Origin: a virus
Lineage: Duplodnaviria; Caudoviricetes
IMG/VR virus record: IMGVR_UViG_3300028840_002850
Span: 698 to 64,697 of that record
Strand: one strand, 5' to 3'
Length of the DNA: 64,000 nucleotides
The notes under the pieces are model-generated. The model made no database searches. It saw only the letters and a list, made by a program, of their open reading frames with translations, and had not been told where the DNA came from. Positions 1-10,748 of this stretch are shown here, piece after piece; within the stretch, counting starts at the first letter, position 1; the number at the start of each line of letters is the position of its first letter. The position numbers were made by a program, and so were the translations under genes.

Positions 1-3000
1 CCCGAATATCGTATAGGCGGGGCTGACGCGGAAGAAGGCATCATTCAAGCAGTTTTTGATTCAGGAGCACAGACTCTTGATTACCTCTTAATTCAAACCC
101 AGACCGCCGATGCAACCGCCGATGAGGGCCGGATTGTTTTCAGCGTTGACGAGGCCACGATAGTCACCATTGACGACGGTGGTATTGAGTTTGGAGCCAG
201 CAAAGTAATCAGCGGAACCACGGCTATCACTCTCGGATCAGCGGGAGCTACAACCGCCATAACGTCTTCGGATTGGGCAATAGACGCTACCGGCTCGATC
301 ACAAATGTTAGTTTAGATGCCGATGGGACTGGCAATTCAATATCCAACATCGAAAACGCCGATATCAAGGCGCAGGCGGCCATCGATGCTACAAAAATCG
401 GTGACGGGACTGTATCAAGCACCGAATTTCAATCTCTTGCCAATGTGACCGATTCAGCACTCGGGACTTCGCTTACCACTGGAACAGTGACGATCTCGAC
501 CCTGTTGGATGTGAACGAGTCGGTGGATATAGATTTTAATGCCAATGACGAATACGTGACCATCAACAACTCTGCCGAATACGGTGCTGATGGTGCACAG
601 GTAACAATAGAGAACACTGATGCCGACATTGCCGGTGCAGCCATGTATCTATTAAGGTTGCGATATACTGCCGATGGGGTGGCTAACGCCGATTTTATGG
701 TTATGGAGGACAATAACGGCGATGATATGATTGCTTTCACTGATGGCGGCGCTGCAACATTCGCGGGGGTGGTTACTTCAACAGGTTTTACAATCGGATC
801 TGCCGCAATCACCGAAACCGAATTGGAGATTTTAGACGGTGCGACCTTGAGTACCACGCAGGCCAACTATCTGTCTTCGGCAACTGGCACGACCGGAACT
901 ACCAATACCAATGTAGTATTTAGTGCTTCTCCAACTCTAACGGGAACCGCTGTTGTCGCCAATATTGACGGTTCCGGCACGATATCTGGGAATTTATTCA
1001 CGCCTGATGCGGCTGGAGGGGCAGACATTGGTACTGTTGATCTCGAATTTAATGATATTTTTCTCAATAGTGGCGGTGTAATTAATTTTCAAGACGATCA
1101 ATCCGTAAAAATTACCGGAGGAACAAACCAGATTATATTAACCGGCGGGATAGATATGGATAATGACTTAGTGTTGGATGACGATACGACCGATTCGCCT
1201 ACTATCACCCTGAAAGATTCTGATGAAGCCACACTAGTATTAACCAAACTTCAAGCTGGTGGATCTTCAATCGTTGATAGTGACGGAGCTATTCAAATTC
1301 AACCATCCGGCGATACAGGTGACTATCTGACAATAAGCACTGCCTCAGACATAATCACTATTACTACAGTGGGTGGCACTGATGGTGACTTGGTAATCAC
1401 GGCTGCTGGCGGTGAAATTTCGTTCGGTGATGAAAATCTTTCTACAACCGGAACTTTTGGGGCAGGAGAAACAACCCTAACCGGAGATTTGAATCTTCTT
1501 TCTTCAAATGCCGATGCCGGGGCTACCGCAGGAGCAATCAAACATGATAGCACCATTACAGGTATGACTGAAGGTGGTTTGAGATGGTATTCGGGAGCAA
1601 CGCAAACTCAACGACTGATTGTTGACCTTGATACCGACCCGACAGGCGCAGGTCAGGATGACTACGTTGTTGCTTACGACAATGCAAACGGAGAATTCTA
1701 TTTAAAACAGGATGCTGATTCCGGCGGTGCGCCAGCGTGGGACGCAATCGGGGCACCTACGGGTGCTGATGAAATCGACTTCGGTGCGTATTTTATCGAA
1801 TTAAATGTCAGTAATTTTGCCATTGGAGACGGAGTAGACAGCAAAGCAAATGCGGTTGTTTTTACCGGTGCCGCTGGGGGTGAATTTCAACTTGGTTCTG
1901 CTGGTGTTTCCTTTACCGGCGACAATGATGGTGCTTTCACCATGAAGGGTTTAGGTGCCGGTTATGATGAAGACTTAACTCTTAACTTTGATGATACTAG
2001 CAATGAAATAGTAGTATCCAGTTCGACAGGGGTTTCTAATATCGACTTCGGGGCAATTACGCTGGAAGTCGGCGGTATTACAATGGACGCCACTGCAACT
2101 CCTGCGTGGACATTTGACGATTCGGATTCAGGTTCAGAAACCACAGATGCCAAGATTTATGCCAATGCCACAGATGCCGGAGCCGGGTCGGAAGATGTTG
2201 ACCTATTCTTTCAGGTTCAGATTGATTCTTCTCTAACCACAGCGCTGCAAATAGATGCTGACGGCAATGCGATTTTTGCCGCCCATCCAGTTCAGGCAGA
2301 CATGGGTGTGGATATCAACGAAGATGTAGACATTGATTTTGATAATGCCGATGAGGAAGTTCATATTGCCAACTCTGCTGAATATGGAGCGGGTAATGCC
2401 CAAGTGAACATAGTTAATTCTGATGCAGATGTCGGCGCACAGATGTACCTGTTGAATCTTGATTATTCCGCAGATGATGACCAGGCCAATGCTGACTATA
2501 TCATAGCACAAGACAGTGGCGGGGAAGTATTCAGACTTGCTCAGAATGGGGACATCGTTACAACCGGAGGCTTGGATATTACCGGAGCGACAGAGCTAAC
2601 CCTGGCGAATGACGAGACTATTACTAACGCGGGTGACGATGTTGTGGTGATAGCATCCAATGACCAAGAAAAGATTGCTTTTGATCTGGACACCGCAACG
2701 GATAACGAAGTTCTCATTACTGGTTCCGATGCCGGAGTAACTCAACTTGACATCCAGATTGCCACCTTAAAAACCGATGCAATGGATATAGACGGAGCAA
2801 TTGACCAAGATGGTGGAGTTATTACATCAACCCACACGGCACCAGCATTAACCCTTGAAGACCAGGACGATGCAGCTGGTACGGGCAATATCTTATTTGC
2901 CTCTGCTAACACACAGGATGTTGTAGGCACACTTCAAGTAGATATTGCTGGAAGCGCCACGACCTTTATCACTCTGGACGGAACGAATGAAGATGTGACC

Positions 3001-3999
3001 CTTAGCCCATCCGATGATGTTATTCTTGATCCCGGTGGAGATGTAATTCAATTTGTGTCCACAACCGAAACTATGACTCTAACCAATGCCACAAATGTAT
3101 GGACATTTGATTCGGCTGGAGACACCTTTGCATTCTCCGATGCTGTTGATGTTGACGGGGCTTTTACGGCAAGTACTGTTGCTGCCGACACTACGGTTTC
3201 CGGTACAACCATAACTGCTTCAACGGGATTCGCCATAGGTGATGGTGACTATATAGGTATAACCGGAAACGAAATTATGACATTCAATGCGGCTGGTAGT
3301 ATTGCCGTTACGGGTGCTTCAATGGATGTTGATGGAGCCTTTTCGGCAACAACACTTGATGCCGATACCGATTTCACCGTAGACGGCCTTGTGCTAACCG
3401 CTGACAATGTCACCAATGATGCTACTTTAAATATTGATTTGGATGGCACTCAAGATCAAGATCTCGTAGTTAAATTAAATGATGGCGGAACTGAGTGGTC
3501 TGTAACTTTTGATGGTTCTGAGAAAACAGTGGTGATCGGTGACGGTGATGCTGCTGATCTTCTTCTCAAATTTGATGCCAATACAACCGATCTAACATTG
3601 ACGTGGGATGAATCAGTCGGAGTCCTTGAATCTTCGCATCCAATTGTTGCTCCGATAAAATCATCTGCCCACGATGCTGCCTATACGGTAGGAACAAATA
3701 ACACCGAAGAAGCATATGGGCATGTATTTCTAAACAGTGTTGGTGGTGCTTTTACTTTAACCTTACCGAGTGCGGTAGCTGGAATGAACCTGTGTGTCAT
3801 GCAGGAACAGGGTGACACCGGAGCTATCACAGTGCAGCCTGCCGATGGTGATTATATCGTATATCAGGGTGCGCGGTCAGACACAGCGGCAGATTATTGG
3901 GTATCGGGTGGAGCCGCAGGAGACAAGATGTGTATTGTAGCTCACGATGCCACCGACTGGTATGTAACTGGTTCTTATGGAACATGGACGGAGGAATAA
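1..3999 (+). CDS. C-terminal part of giant acidic tail-fibre/adhesin-like protein (5'-truncated)
   Basis: Frame 1 is open from base 1 (PEYRIGGADAEEG...) into the listed 445..3999 ORF. Asp/Thr/Gly-rich with internal repeated modules (YLLxLxYxAD-ANAD). Shares modules with the ORF at 61038-64000. Confidence 0.8.
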   Translation, partial: PEYRIGGADAEEGIIQAVFDSGAQTLDYLLIQTQTADATADEGRIVFSVDEATIVTIDDGGIEFGASKVISGTTAITLGSAGATTAITSSDWAIDATGSITNVSLDADGTGNSISNIENADIKAQAAIDATKIGDGTVSSTEFQSLANVTDSALGTSLTTGTVTISTLLDVNESVDIDFNANDEYVTINNSAEYGADGAQVTIENTDADIAGAAMYLLRLRYTADGVANADFMVMEDNNGDDMIAFTDGGAATFAGVVTSTGFTIGSAAITETELEILDGATLSTTQANYLSSATGTTGTTNTNVVFSASPTLTGTAVVANIDGSGTISGNLFTPDAAGGADIGTVDLEFNDIFLNSGGVINFQDDQSVKITGGTNQIILTGGIDMDNDLVLDDDTTDSPTITLKDSDEATLVLTKLQAGGSSIVDSDGAIQIQPSGDTGDYLTISTASDIITITTVGGTDGDLVITAAGGEISFGDENLSTTGTFGAGETTLTGDLNLLSSNADAGATAGAIKHDSTITGMTEGGLRWYSGATQTQRLIVDLDTDPTGAGQDDYVVAYDNANGEFYLKQDADSGGAPAWDAIGAPTGADEIDFGAYFIELNVSNFAIGDGVDSKANAVVFTGAAGGEFQLGSAGVSFTGDNDGAFTMKGLGAGYDEDLTLNFDDTSNEIVVSSSTGVSNIDFGAITLEVGGITMDATATPAWTFDDSDSGSETTDAKIYANATDAGAGSEDVDLFFQVQIDSSLTTALQIDADGNAIFAAHPVQADMGVDINEDVDIDFDNADEEVHIANSAEYGAGNAQVNIVNSDADVGAQMYLLNLDYSADDDQANADYIIAQDSGGEVFRLAQNGDIVTTGGLDITGATELTLANDETITNAGDDVVVIASNDQEKIAFDLDTATDNEVLITGSDAGVTQLDIQIATLKTDAMDIDGAIDQDGGVITSTHTAPALTLEDQDDAAGTGNILFASANTQDVVGTLQVDIAGSATTFITLDGTNEDVTLSPSDDVILDPGGDVIQFVSTTETMTLTNATNVWTFDSAGDTFAFSDAVDVDGAFTASTVAADTTVSGTTITASTGFAIGDGDYIGITGNEIMTFNAAGSIAVTGASMDVDGAFSATTLDADTDFTVDGLVLTADNVTNDATLNIDLDGTQDQDLVVKLNDGGTEWSVTFDGSEKTVVIGDGDAADLLLKFDANTTDLTLTWDESVGVLESSHPIVAPIKSSAHDAAYTVGTNNTEEAYGHVFLNSVGGAFTLTLPSAVAGMNLCVMQEQGDTGAITVQPADGDYIVYQGARSDTAADYWVSGGAAGDKMCIVAHDATDWYVTGSYGTWTEE

Positions 4000-4000
4000 T

Positions 4001-4813
4001 ATGAAACGAGTATTATTTGCTTTGGCTTGTTTTCTTATTATTGCAGGGGTGTCTTCAAGTAAGATCATTGAGATTCCTGAAGCGGGCGCAAGGATGAATC
4101 TGATGATTATGGGAAGCGAAGCGCCTGCTGCTGCTGGTGGTGGATATAGTTGTTCTGGTGACTTTTCAAGTGGTGCGATGGAGTCATTTGAAGCCAGCGA
4201 GGGAAGTTTTTGCACTTCGGATTGGACAGAATCAGACGGTTCCGGTGTCGTAAGCACCTACGACACAGCAGAGCCTTTTTGCGAATCTCACAATCTCAAG
4301 ATTTCGGCAGATTCATCTGATGGTGGTGATGATATAATTTATGCCGATATGGGTTCAGAAGTTGATGGGTACTATATTCGATTTGTAATTATGAATCTAC
4401 CGGATGTTAGCGGTGATGACTATTATTTTTTTCATATGCAAAACGGAACTACTCCAAACGCTACAAGTAACCTTAGTTTGCGACTAACCGCTGGCGAATA
4501 TCTTCGTCTAAAAAGTGGAAGTATAAATTCAGGCAATAATTTTGAATTAACAGCAGGCAACGATTATCTAATTGAAGTCAATTTCGACAATAGTGGTGGT
4601 ACACATAGCTTAAGGGTGTGGGGAACACCAGCAGGTGGCTGGGATGTAGTAAACCATGATGGTGCAGGATCAACGGCTACAGTAAGCGACAATACGTATG
4701 ATTTTCGATATATATTATTCTCAAATTTCTTAGCAAGTAGTTCGGCAACACTATATATTGATGATGTTCAATTAAGCACCTCTGATTGGTTGGGAGCTTT
4801 GACTTGTCCATAA
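4001..4813 (+). CDS. Signal-peptide-bearing beta-sandwich (lectin/LamG-like) protein
   Basis: ATG right after the upstream stop; N-terminus MKRVLFALACFLIIAGVSS; ends LYIDDVQLS, typical of jelly-roll/CBM domains. Confidence 0.55.
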   Translation: MKRVLFALACFLIIAGVSSSKIIEIPEAGARMNLMIMGSEAPAAAGGGYSCSGDFSSGAMESFEASEGSFCTSDWTESDGSGVVSTYDTAEPFCESHNLKISADSSDGGDDIIYADMGSEVDGYYIRFVIMNLPDVSGDDYYFFHMQNGTTPNATSNLSLRLTAGEYLRLKSGSINSGNNFELTAGNDYLIEVNFDNSGGTHSLRVWGTPAGGWDVVNHDGAGSTATVSDNTYDFRYILFSNFLASSSATLYIDDVQLSTSDWLGALTCP

Positions 4814-6387
4814 AGAAAAAATATCTTTTTATATTTATACTGCTATTTATTTTAAGCTTTCCGATGTGGGGCTTTTCTGCGAATCATTACGTCCGAAGTG
4901 GTAGCAGTGGAGATGGTTCAAGCTGGTCAAGTGCATGGGACGACCTACCCTCAAGCCTAACTAGGGATGATACATATTATGTCGCAGATGGGTCTTATTC
5001 ATCTTATACCTTCGACGATTCGGTAGATTCAACCAAACTCATTACGATAAAAAAAGCTACAGTAGCAGATCATGGGACATCTACCGGGTGGAGTGATTCT
5101 TACGGAGATGGACAGGCGACTTTTGGAAGATTAACATTTTCCACCAGTTATTTTACCTTTACCGGAGTCACGCGAGATGCGGGCGATTGGTCTGATAATT
5201 CAGCCTATGGGTTTTACGTCGATGGAGGGACAAGTGGAAACGGCGCTAAACTTTTTAATGTGTCGGGTGCCGACAATATAACCATACGATACGTCTATGC
5301 AGCCTATGATTATGTGCTCGGCGGTGAGGACATTTCAGAAAATCAAAATCATGGGCTTTACAGCACTGGCGGTTCAAACAATATCACCATGGAGTATTGC
5401 TTTATAAAAAATACTTCATGGAAAGCGGCTATTTTAATCAACTCTTCTACCGGACCATTTGTTGTTCGTTACAATAGATTTGAGAATATCGGCAAAAAAG
5501 AGCTGTGGTCTGCGCGTGGAACAGATAATGTTACTTTTGCCTATAATTACTGTAAAAATATTGCTGGCACCGGCGCAATAGTCGCTGACGATTCGGATGA
5601 TTGGGATATATACGGGAATATCATTTGGAACCCATCGGAAAGTTACACGTTTTCAGATGTTACGATTGGGACATGGACAGGAGATCATCCCTCTCGAAAT
5701 GAAACTCTTAATAATTGGAAGATATATAATAATACTTTTTATGATGTTCACGACCAAATTCAAATTCAACACGGGACTGGAAACGAGGTTAGAAACACTC
5801 TTGTTATTGGGGAGAGTATCTCAATAAACGGGTCTTTAACGGCCTCCCACAATGACCAAAACGCATCTACCTCTGTTGTAACGGATGCTGCCAATGGCGA
5901 CTTTACGCTATCTACTGCTACCACCGCAGGGTATTCTCTTTCTTCCCCGTATAACGTAGACATGAATGGCAACACTCGCGGTAGTGACGGCACTTGGGAT
6001 CGAGGGGCTTATGAATATGTGGCTGAGGATTCAAGCCCCCCAACACTACAAAGCGCCACAATTGCTTCAAATGGAACTACCCTAACCCTCGTATTTGACG
6101 AAAATGTAACTCAGGGATCTGGATACGATGACTCAGATTGGGATTTGGATTCAGGACAGCAAGGGGATAATGTAAGCATAACCTATGAAAGTGGAGATGG
6201 AACCACCACTCATATTTATAACATTTCCAAAACTATCTGGATTGGCGACACAGCAAACATCGACTTCAATGGAGACGCGAACTCAGAGGAGGATGGCAGC
6301 GGGAACGATTTAGCGGCTATCGTATCAGACAGTGTTGTTAATAACTCAATAGTGAACCTAACTGCTTTGGGATTACAGATTCAATGA
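4786..6387 (+). CDS. Right-handed beta-helix protein with C-terminal SwmB-like repeat; putative spike/adhesin
   Basis: Hydrophobic N-terminus; NITIRY, IYGNII and IYNNTFY repeats; DMNGNTR-WDRGAYEY motif; PPTLQSATIASNGTTLTLVFDENV module. Confidence 0.7.
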   Translation: MVGSFDLSIKKKYLFIFILLFILSFPMWGFSANHYVRSGSSGDGSSWSSAWDDLPSSLTRDDTYYVADGSYSSYTFDDSVDSTKLITIKKATVADHGTSTGWSDSYGDGQATFGRLTFSTSYFTFTGVTRDAGDWSDNSAYGFYVDGGTSGNGAKLFNVSGADNITIRYVYAAYDYVLGGEDISENQNHGLYSTGGSNNITMEYCFIKNTSWKAAILINSSTGPFVVRYNRFENIGKKELWSARGTDNVTFAYNYCKNIAGTGAIVADDSDDWDIYGNIIWNPSESYTFSDVTIGTWTGDHPSRNETLNNWKIYNNTFYDVHDQIQIQHGTGNEVRNTLVIGESISINGSLTASHNDQNASTSVVTDAANGDFTLSTATTAGYSLSSPYNVDMNGNTRGSDGTWDRGAYEYVAEDSSPPTLQSATIASNGTTLTLVFDENVTQGSGYDDSDWDLDSGQQGDNVSITYESGDGTTTHIYNISKTIWIGDTANIDFNGDANSEEDGSGNDLAAIVSDSVVNNSIVNLTALGLQIQ

Positions 6388-8102
6388 AAAAATATCTCAT
6401 TATATTATTACTCATTCCGGTATCGGCTTTTGGTGCTGAAACCTTTTATGTTTGCGCTGGCGGCGATGGAACTCTACCGGAAACCAACACCTGTGCAACT
6501 GCATGGGATTGGGATGACGTGGACAACACAAATAACTGGGCTGCAACAGAAGCGGATGACACAAAGATAGGCCCGAATGATACAGTGATATTCAAAGATG
6601 ACGGCGGCACATTTAACCTATCAAGCGATATTGACACCTATCAGGCGGGAAGTTCGGGGAGTGTCATAACATTCATTGCTGAATCTGGTGACACCCCGAC
6701 CATCACGGCGGGAACATCCCTAACCGGATGGACCGTGTATTCTGGAAATGTGTATTCTAAAAGTACGGGCAATATTGAAAGTACGGGCCTATATGAAGAC
6801 GGAGTTGTGCTAAACGAAGAAATGAGTGCTGGCGCTGTTGATGCTGCCGGAGAGTGGCACTGTGACGAGTCAACCACTTATGTTTGGACTACTGACGACG
6901 CCGACCCCGACACACACACCATGACCACTTCTGCTATAACGTGGCTGATGTCCATTAAGCATAGCTACATCATTGTAGATGGGTTGAAATTTAGCGATCA
7001 CTATGAGCCGATGGTCATTAACAGCGGTGCTGATAATGTAACAGTTCAAAACTGTACGTTTGAAGATGTATATTTTACCGCAATTCAGGTTGCAGATGGT
7101 AGCGGATCGAATAATTTAAACTTATCAGACAATGTGTTCACCCGTGTTGGTATGGGCGGTATATACGTTTACAGTCAAAACGATACTGGCATTGCCAATG
7201 GTAATGTATGCACCGATATGAATTATCAAGAGTGGGCGGTCAATGCCAACAACACCACAAACTCTGACGGCCACTGTGTTGCAATATGGGGAAGTGATAG
7301 CTGGACTATCCACGAAAATAAAGTTGTCGATTTTAGGGACGCATTTGCGTTGTACGGACACAATGCAACCACACATACGGCTGCAAATAATTCTATTAAG
7401 TACAATTATATCCAGGGAAGTGCCGCCCTAAAATCCCACTATGATGGTGGCTCTTACGGTAAGGGTATAACAATAGGAAGCACCAGCCAGCCGGACGAAC
7501 ATTACAGCAATGTGGTAGCTTATAACATAATAGATCAAGCCCATATCGGCATGAGAATTAATAGGTCGAATACTTCAGGTAAGGGGAATCTGGTCTATAA
7601 TAACACCTTTTATGATTGTGATAGGGGTTTGGATTTAAGGCAGGAAGCAGACTACAATGTTGTCAAGAATAACATTTTTTCAGAAACAGACTCATATCAT
7701 ATCTATGAATATTCGGGAACTACGGGAGCCAATCTTGTTTCCGATGAAAACCAGTTTTATCCCGACACGGGCGGTTCTGCGGCACCAGATTTTGCAGATA
7801 GCGGAAGCGACAAAGATCAGCTAAGTGATTGGCAAACTTCAACATCTCAAGACGCAAATTCGGATGCCGGCGATCCAGGCTTAACTAATCCGTCGTCGGG
7901 CGATTTTACACTAAGCTCCGATCTTGAGGGTGCTGACCTTGGAGCCACATACGATGACGGACTAGATCCAATCAACACAAACTGGACAAACACACCACCC
8001 ACCATCGGCACACTCGATCAAGATGATTACTTACCGTGGGATCGGGGCGCTTTTATATTTGCAGAAGAAGAAATTACAATACAGGGAGTAACAGTATATT
8101 GA
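6384..8102 (+). CDS. Right-handed parallel beta-helix protein; putative spike/adhesin
   Basis: Signal-like MKKYLIILLLIPVSAFGA; NVTVQNCTF, VAYNII, VYNNTFY and VKNNIF repeats; WDRGAF end motif. Confidence 0.7.
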   Translation: MKKYLIILLLIPVSAFGAETFYVCAGGDGTLPETNTCATAWDWDDVDNTNNWAATEADDTKIGPNDTVIFKDDGGTFNLSSDIDTYQAGSSGSVITFIAESGDTPTITAGTSLTGWTVYSGNVYSKSTGNIESTGLYEDGVVLNEEMSAGAVDAAGEWHCDESTTYVWTTDDADPDTHTMTTSAITWLMSIKHSYIIVDGLKFSDHYEPMVINSGADNVTVQNCTFEDVYFTAIQVADGSGSNNLNLSDNVFTRVGMGGIYVYSQNDTGIANGNVCTDMNYQEWAVNANNTTNSDGHCVAIWGSDSWTIHENKVVDFRDAFALYGHNATTHTAANNSIKYNYIQGSAALKSHYDGGSYGKGITIGSTSQPDEHYSNVVAYNIIDQAHIGMRINRSNTSGKGNLVYNNTFYDCDRGLDLRQEADYNVVKNNIFSETDSYHIYEYSGTTGANLVSDENQFYPDTGGSAAPDFADSGSDKDQLSDWQTSTSQDANSDAGDPGLTNPSSGDFTLSSDLEGADLGATYDDGLDPINTNWTNTPPTIGTLDQDDYLPWDRGAFIFAEEEITIQGVTVY

Positions 8103-8308
8103 ATGGAATGCAAATAAAAGAAGTAGAAATTTTTAAGTCTATGCCACTAGAAAAACAAATAGTCGTATTATTTAAAAATGTCGTTGAAGTAAAAGATGAC
8201 GTTAAAAAACTCAAAGCCCGTAAATGGTTGAATACGGGAGCTTCGGCCACCGGCGGGATAGTTGGCGGTTTTGTTGCAATGCTTTTAAAAACGGCATTTT
8301 GGAAATGA
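8099..8308 (+). CDS. Small C-terminal TM protein (holin/XhlA-like)
   Basis: Coiled coil followed by TM segment ATGGIVGGFVAMLL; immediately upstream of the endolysin. Confidence 0.5.
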   Translation: MNGMQIKEVEIFKSMPLEKQIVVLFKNVVEVKDDVKKLKARKWLNTGASATGGIVGGFVAMLLKTAFWK

Positions 8309-8658
8309 AATTGTTCCTTAAATTCAAAAGTGAAAATATATTTCGTAACTACCACATTGTTCCGCATCATCCGAATTTGATTGAGTTTGAATATTGGTGG
8401 TTGGGTGAGTTTGGGGAATCAATTGTCACTTCTGCTTATAGACATGGCGACAAGGGAGTCCACGGGCAAAATCCTCTCAGGGCAATAGATTTAAGGTCTT
8501 GGATTTATAGCAACCCGGAAGGAATGGCGAGGTATGCTAATACTATCTGGATTTACTCTCCCCAAGAGCCTAAAAAGAAATCCGTACTCTATCATAACGT
8601 AAGAGATAAGGGCATTCATTTCCATCTGCAAGTTTGCGACCAAACAATAAAACTATAA
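8305..8658 (+). CDS. Endolysin, peptidase M15-like
   Basis: VTSAYR, H-x6-D (HGQNPLRAID) and HFHLQ zinc-ligand motifs; ATG overlaps the upstream TGA. Confidence 0.7.
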   Translation: MKLFLKFKSENIFRNYHIVPHHPNLIEFEYWWLGEFGESIVTSAYRHGDKGVHGQNPLRAIDLRSWIYSNPEGMARYANTIWIYSPQEPKKKSVLYHNVRDKGIHFHLQVCDQTIKL

Positions 8659-8682
8659 AACTATCTTAATCCAATAATTTTA

Positions 8683-8711
8683 TTGACAAAATTCTCACTT
8701 TTTGTAAGAAT
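8683..8711 (+). promoter_or_regulatory. Sigma70-like promoter with operator-like palindrome upstream of holin
   Basis: TTGACA-N16-TAAGAA(T) containing TTCTCAC-TTTTT-GTAAGAA, nearly identical to the box in the cro promoter. Confidence 0.55.
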
Positions 8712-8735
8712 CTATATAAACATAGGAGGTTTAAA

Positions 8736-8957
8736 ATGGCGAATGGCGAAACTCCGGTAAAACCCGGATGGCAAACGACAGAGTTCTGGGTAACATTGAT
8801 AGTTCAACTTGTCGGCTTGGTGGCTGCGCTTGGCTATATAGTACCCGAACAGGCAAGTGCGCTGAGTCAAGCTGCCGTGCAAATCGGTGGCGCTATTTCA
8901 ATGGTAGCGGCCGCTTTCGGCTACAATCTTAGCCGTGGCATGGCAAAGAAGCAATGA
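8736..8957 (+). CDS. Holin-like 2-TM protein
   Basis: KPGWQTTEFW motif, two hydrophobic helices, basic tail; strong RBS AGGAGG. Confidence 0.65.
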   Translation: MANGETPVKPGWQTTEFWVTLIVQLVGLVAALGYIVPEQASALSQAAVQIGGAISMVAAAFGYNLSRGMAKKQ

Positions 8958-9240
8958 TGAATGCTTGTGAACGCTCTAAAACTAAAGACACTCCTGAAAA
9001 GAATGTGGGGCCGGATTGTTGACCAGCAAAAACAGATCAATCAATTAAGAATCGAACTCCATGGTCTAAAGGAAAAGCAGACGTGACTGACTAAGGCTGT
9101 TGGCCGTGAAGTCAACGACTCTTTATCGCAGGACTTGAGACATCTTGAAGAAGAGGTCTTGGGTCCGAAGAGGCCGCGCAACTACCCTCACCCGTTAAGT
9201 CCATCCGGTACGAAGGATTAACTCTAACCTATGTGACGTT

Positions 9241-10176
9241 ATGTACTATGGGAAACAGTATGCTGAAAGAATAAAGAGTTTAAAAGCAACTACAAACCTG
9301 AGTCATAGAGGAATCGCAGAAAAGTTAGGTTGTTCACCCCGCACAGTACGGCGATATGCTGAAAGCAGATGTCCGACAGAAAGAAGGCGAAGGGGGAAGA
9401 TATTATTATTTGATATAGAAACTTCTCCGATGGAAGTTTATGTTTGGGGGTTGCACGACAAGCGCAATCAATACATTTCACCGGAGAATGTAATTAAAGA
9501 TTGGGCAGTACTGTCGTGGGCGGGGAAGTGGCTGTTTGAATCAGATGTTGTGTCACAGGTTGCCACACCGGAAGAAGCAGAAGCCAGAGACGACGCCAGA
9601 ATACTCAAGGGAATATGGGATTTATTTGAAAAGGCCGATATTATTGTAGCGCACAACGCATTTAACTTTGATGTTAGAAGATTAAATGCACGGTTCATCA
9701 TTAATGATTTCGGTCCCAACACACCTTACAGGGTAATAGACACACTAAAAGAAGCCCGAAAAGTGTTTGATTTTCCAAGCTACAAACTTGACGCGCTGAA
9801 TGAAAGATTTGGCTTATCTAAAAAAGTTGAAACAAATTTCAAGTTGTGGGTGCGGTGCATTACGGGTGGCAGGAAAGCATTGCGGGAAATGCAACACTAC
9901 AACAAGTCTGACGTTGTAGCCCTTGAGGAACTATATCTTGCATTGAGGCCGTGGATTAAAAGTCATCCCCCAATGAGCTTGTATCACGATATGATAGATG
10001 CCATATGCTGCCCGACTTGCGAATCCGAGAAACTCAACTGGAACGGGAACTATACTACACCAGCAGGGAAATACAAATCATTTAGATGTAATAATTGTGG
10101 CGCTATCGGCAGGAGTAGATATTCATGCCTGGAAAAAGACGAAAGGGAGAATCTGGTGATAAGCACCGCGAGATAA
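9241..10176 (+). CDS. HTH + DEDD (RNase H-like/DnaQ) 3'-5' exonuclease + Zn ribbon
   Basis: IAEKLGCSPRTVRRY HTH; FDIET, AHNAFNFD and YNKSDV motifs; CPTC...CNNC. Confidence 0.8.
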   Translation: MYYGKQYAERIKSLKATTNLSHRGIAEKLGCSPRTVRRYAESRCPTERRRRGKILLFDIETSPMEVYVWGLHDKRNQYISPENVIKDWAVLSWAGKWLFESDVVSQVATPEEAEARDDARILKGIWDLFEKADIIVAHNAFNFDVRRLNARFIINDFGPNTPYRVIDTLKEARKVFDFPSYKLDALNERFGLSKKVETNFKLWVRCITGGRKALREMQHYNKSDVVALEELYLALRPWIKSHPPMSLYHDMIDAICCPTCESEKLNWNGNYTTPAGKYKSFRCNNCGAIGRSRYSCLEKDERENLVISTAR

Positions 10177-10270
10177 ATTACAAGGTATGGAGCTCGCCTA
10201 GCGTTAAATTCCTTAGATGGCGTGTGAAGGATGCTCTTCAGCACCTTTCGGACGCTTACGAAAATAAAGA

Positions 10271-10480
10271 ATGAAATATCGAATTGAAGCAATAGAAAAA
10301 GACGATATTTACACCTTCCTACTCCACCAAAATGGCCCCAAATATTTTAATGTACTCGAAGAAATCTATCGCACCTTGCGAAGCAAATGTAAATATACAG
10401 ACGAAACGGGTTCATGGAAAGAGGCATATCAACTTGTAATTGATATTCTAAACGATGCCAATATTGATCTGTATGAATAG
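10271..10480 (+). CDS. Hypothetical protein
   Basis: 69-aa ORF co-directional with the exonuclease. Confidence 0.55.
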   Translation: MKYRIEAIEKDDIYTFLLHQNGPKYFNVLEEIYRTLRSKCKYTDETGSWKEAYQLVIDILNDANIDLYE

Positions 10481-10665
10481 CGTACACTTTCCTATAAAGT
10501 ACAAATTTCTTGAACAAGAAATTCCTGCATGTACCGGAGAATAACATTTTTACGGCATAAAATGTGTTTTTTTGCCATTTTATGGTACGAATAAGGTGCT
10601 TTTTGTCGCAAAACTTGACAAAATTACCTGCACTTGTTTGTTTATGCAAACATGGTAATTTAAAC

Positions 10666-10697
10666 AAAAAGGGAGCCCGCAACTTACACGGGCCCCC
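10666..10697 (-). terminator. Rho-independent terminator ending the leftward operon
   Basis: Minus strand GGGGGCCCG-loop-CGGGCTCCC followed by TTTTT. Confidence 0.65.
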
Positions 10698-10748
10698 ATC
10701 TTATCAACATCCTTTATTTCCTCTATTTTATATAATACCTCCTTTCTG

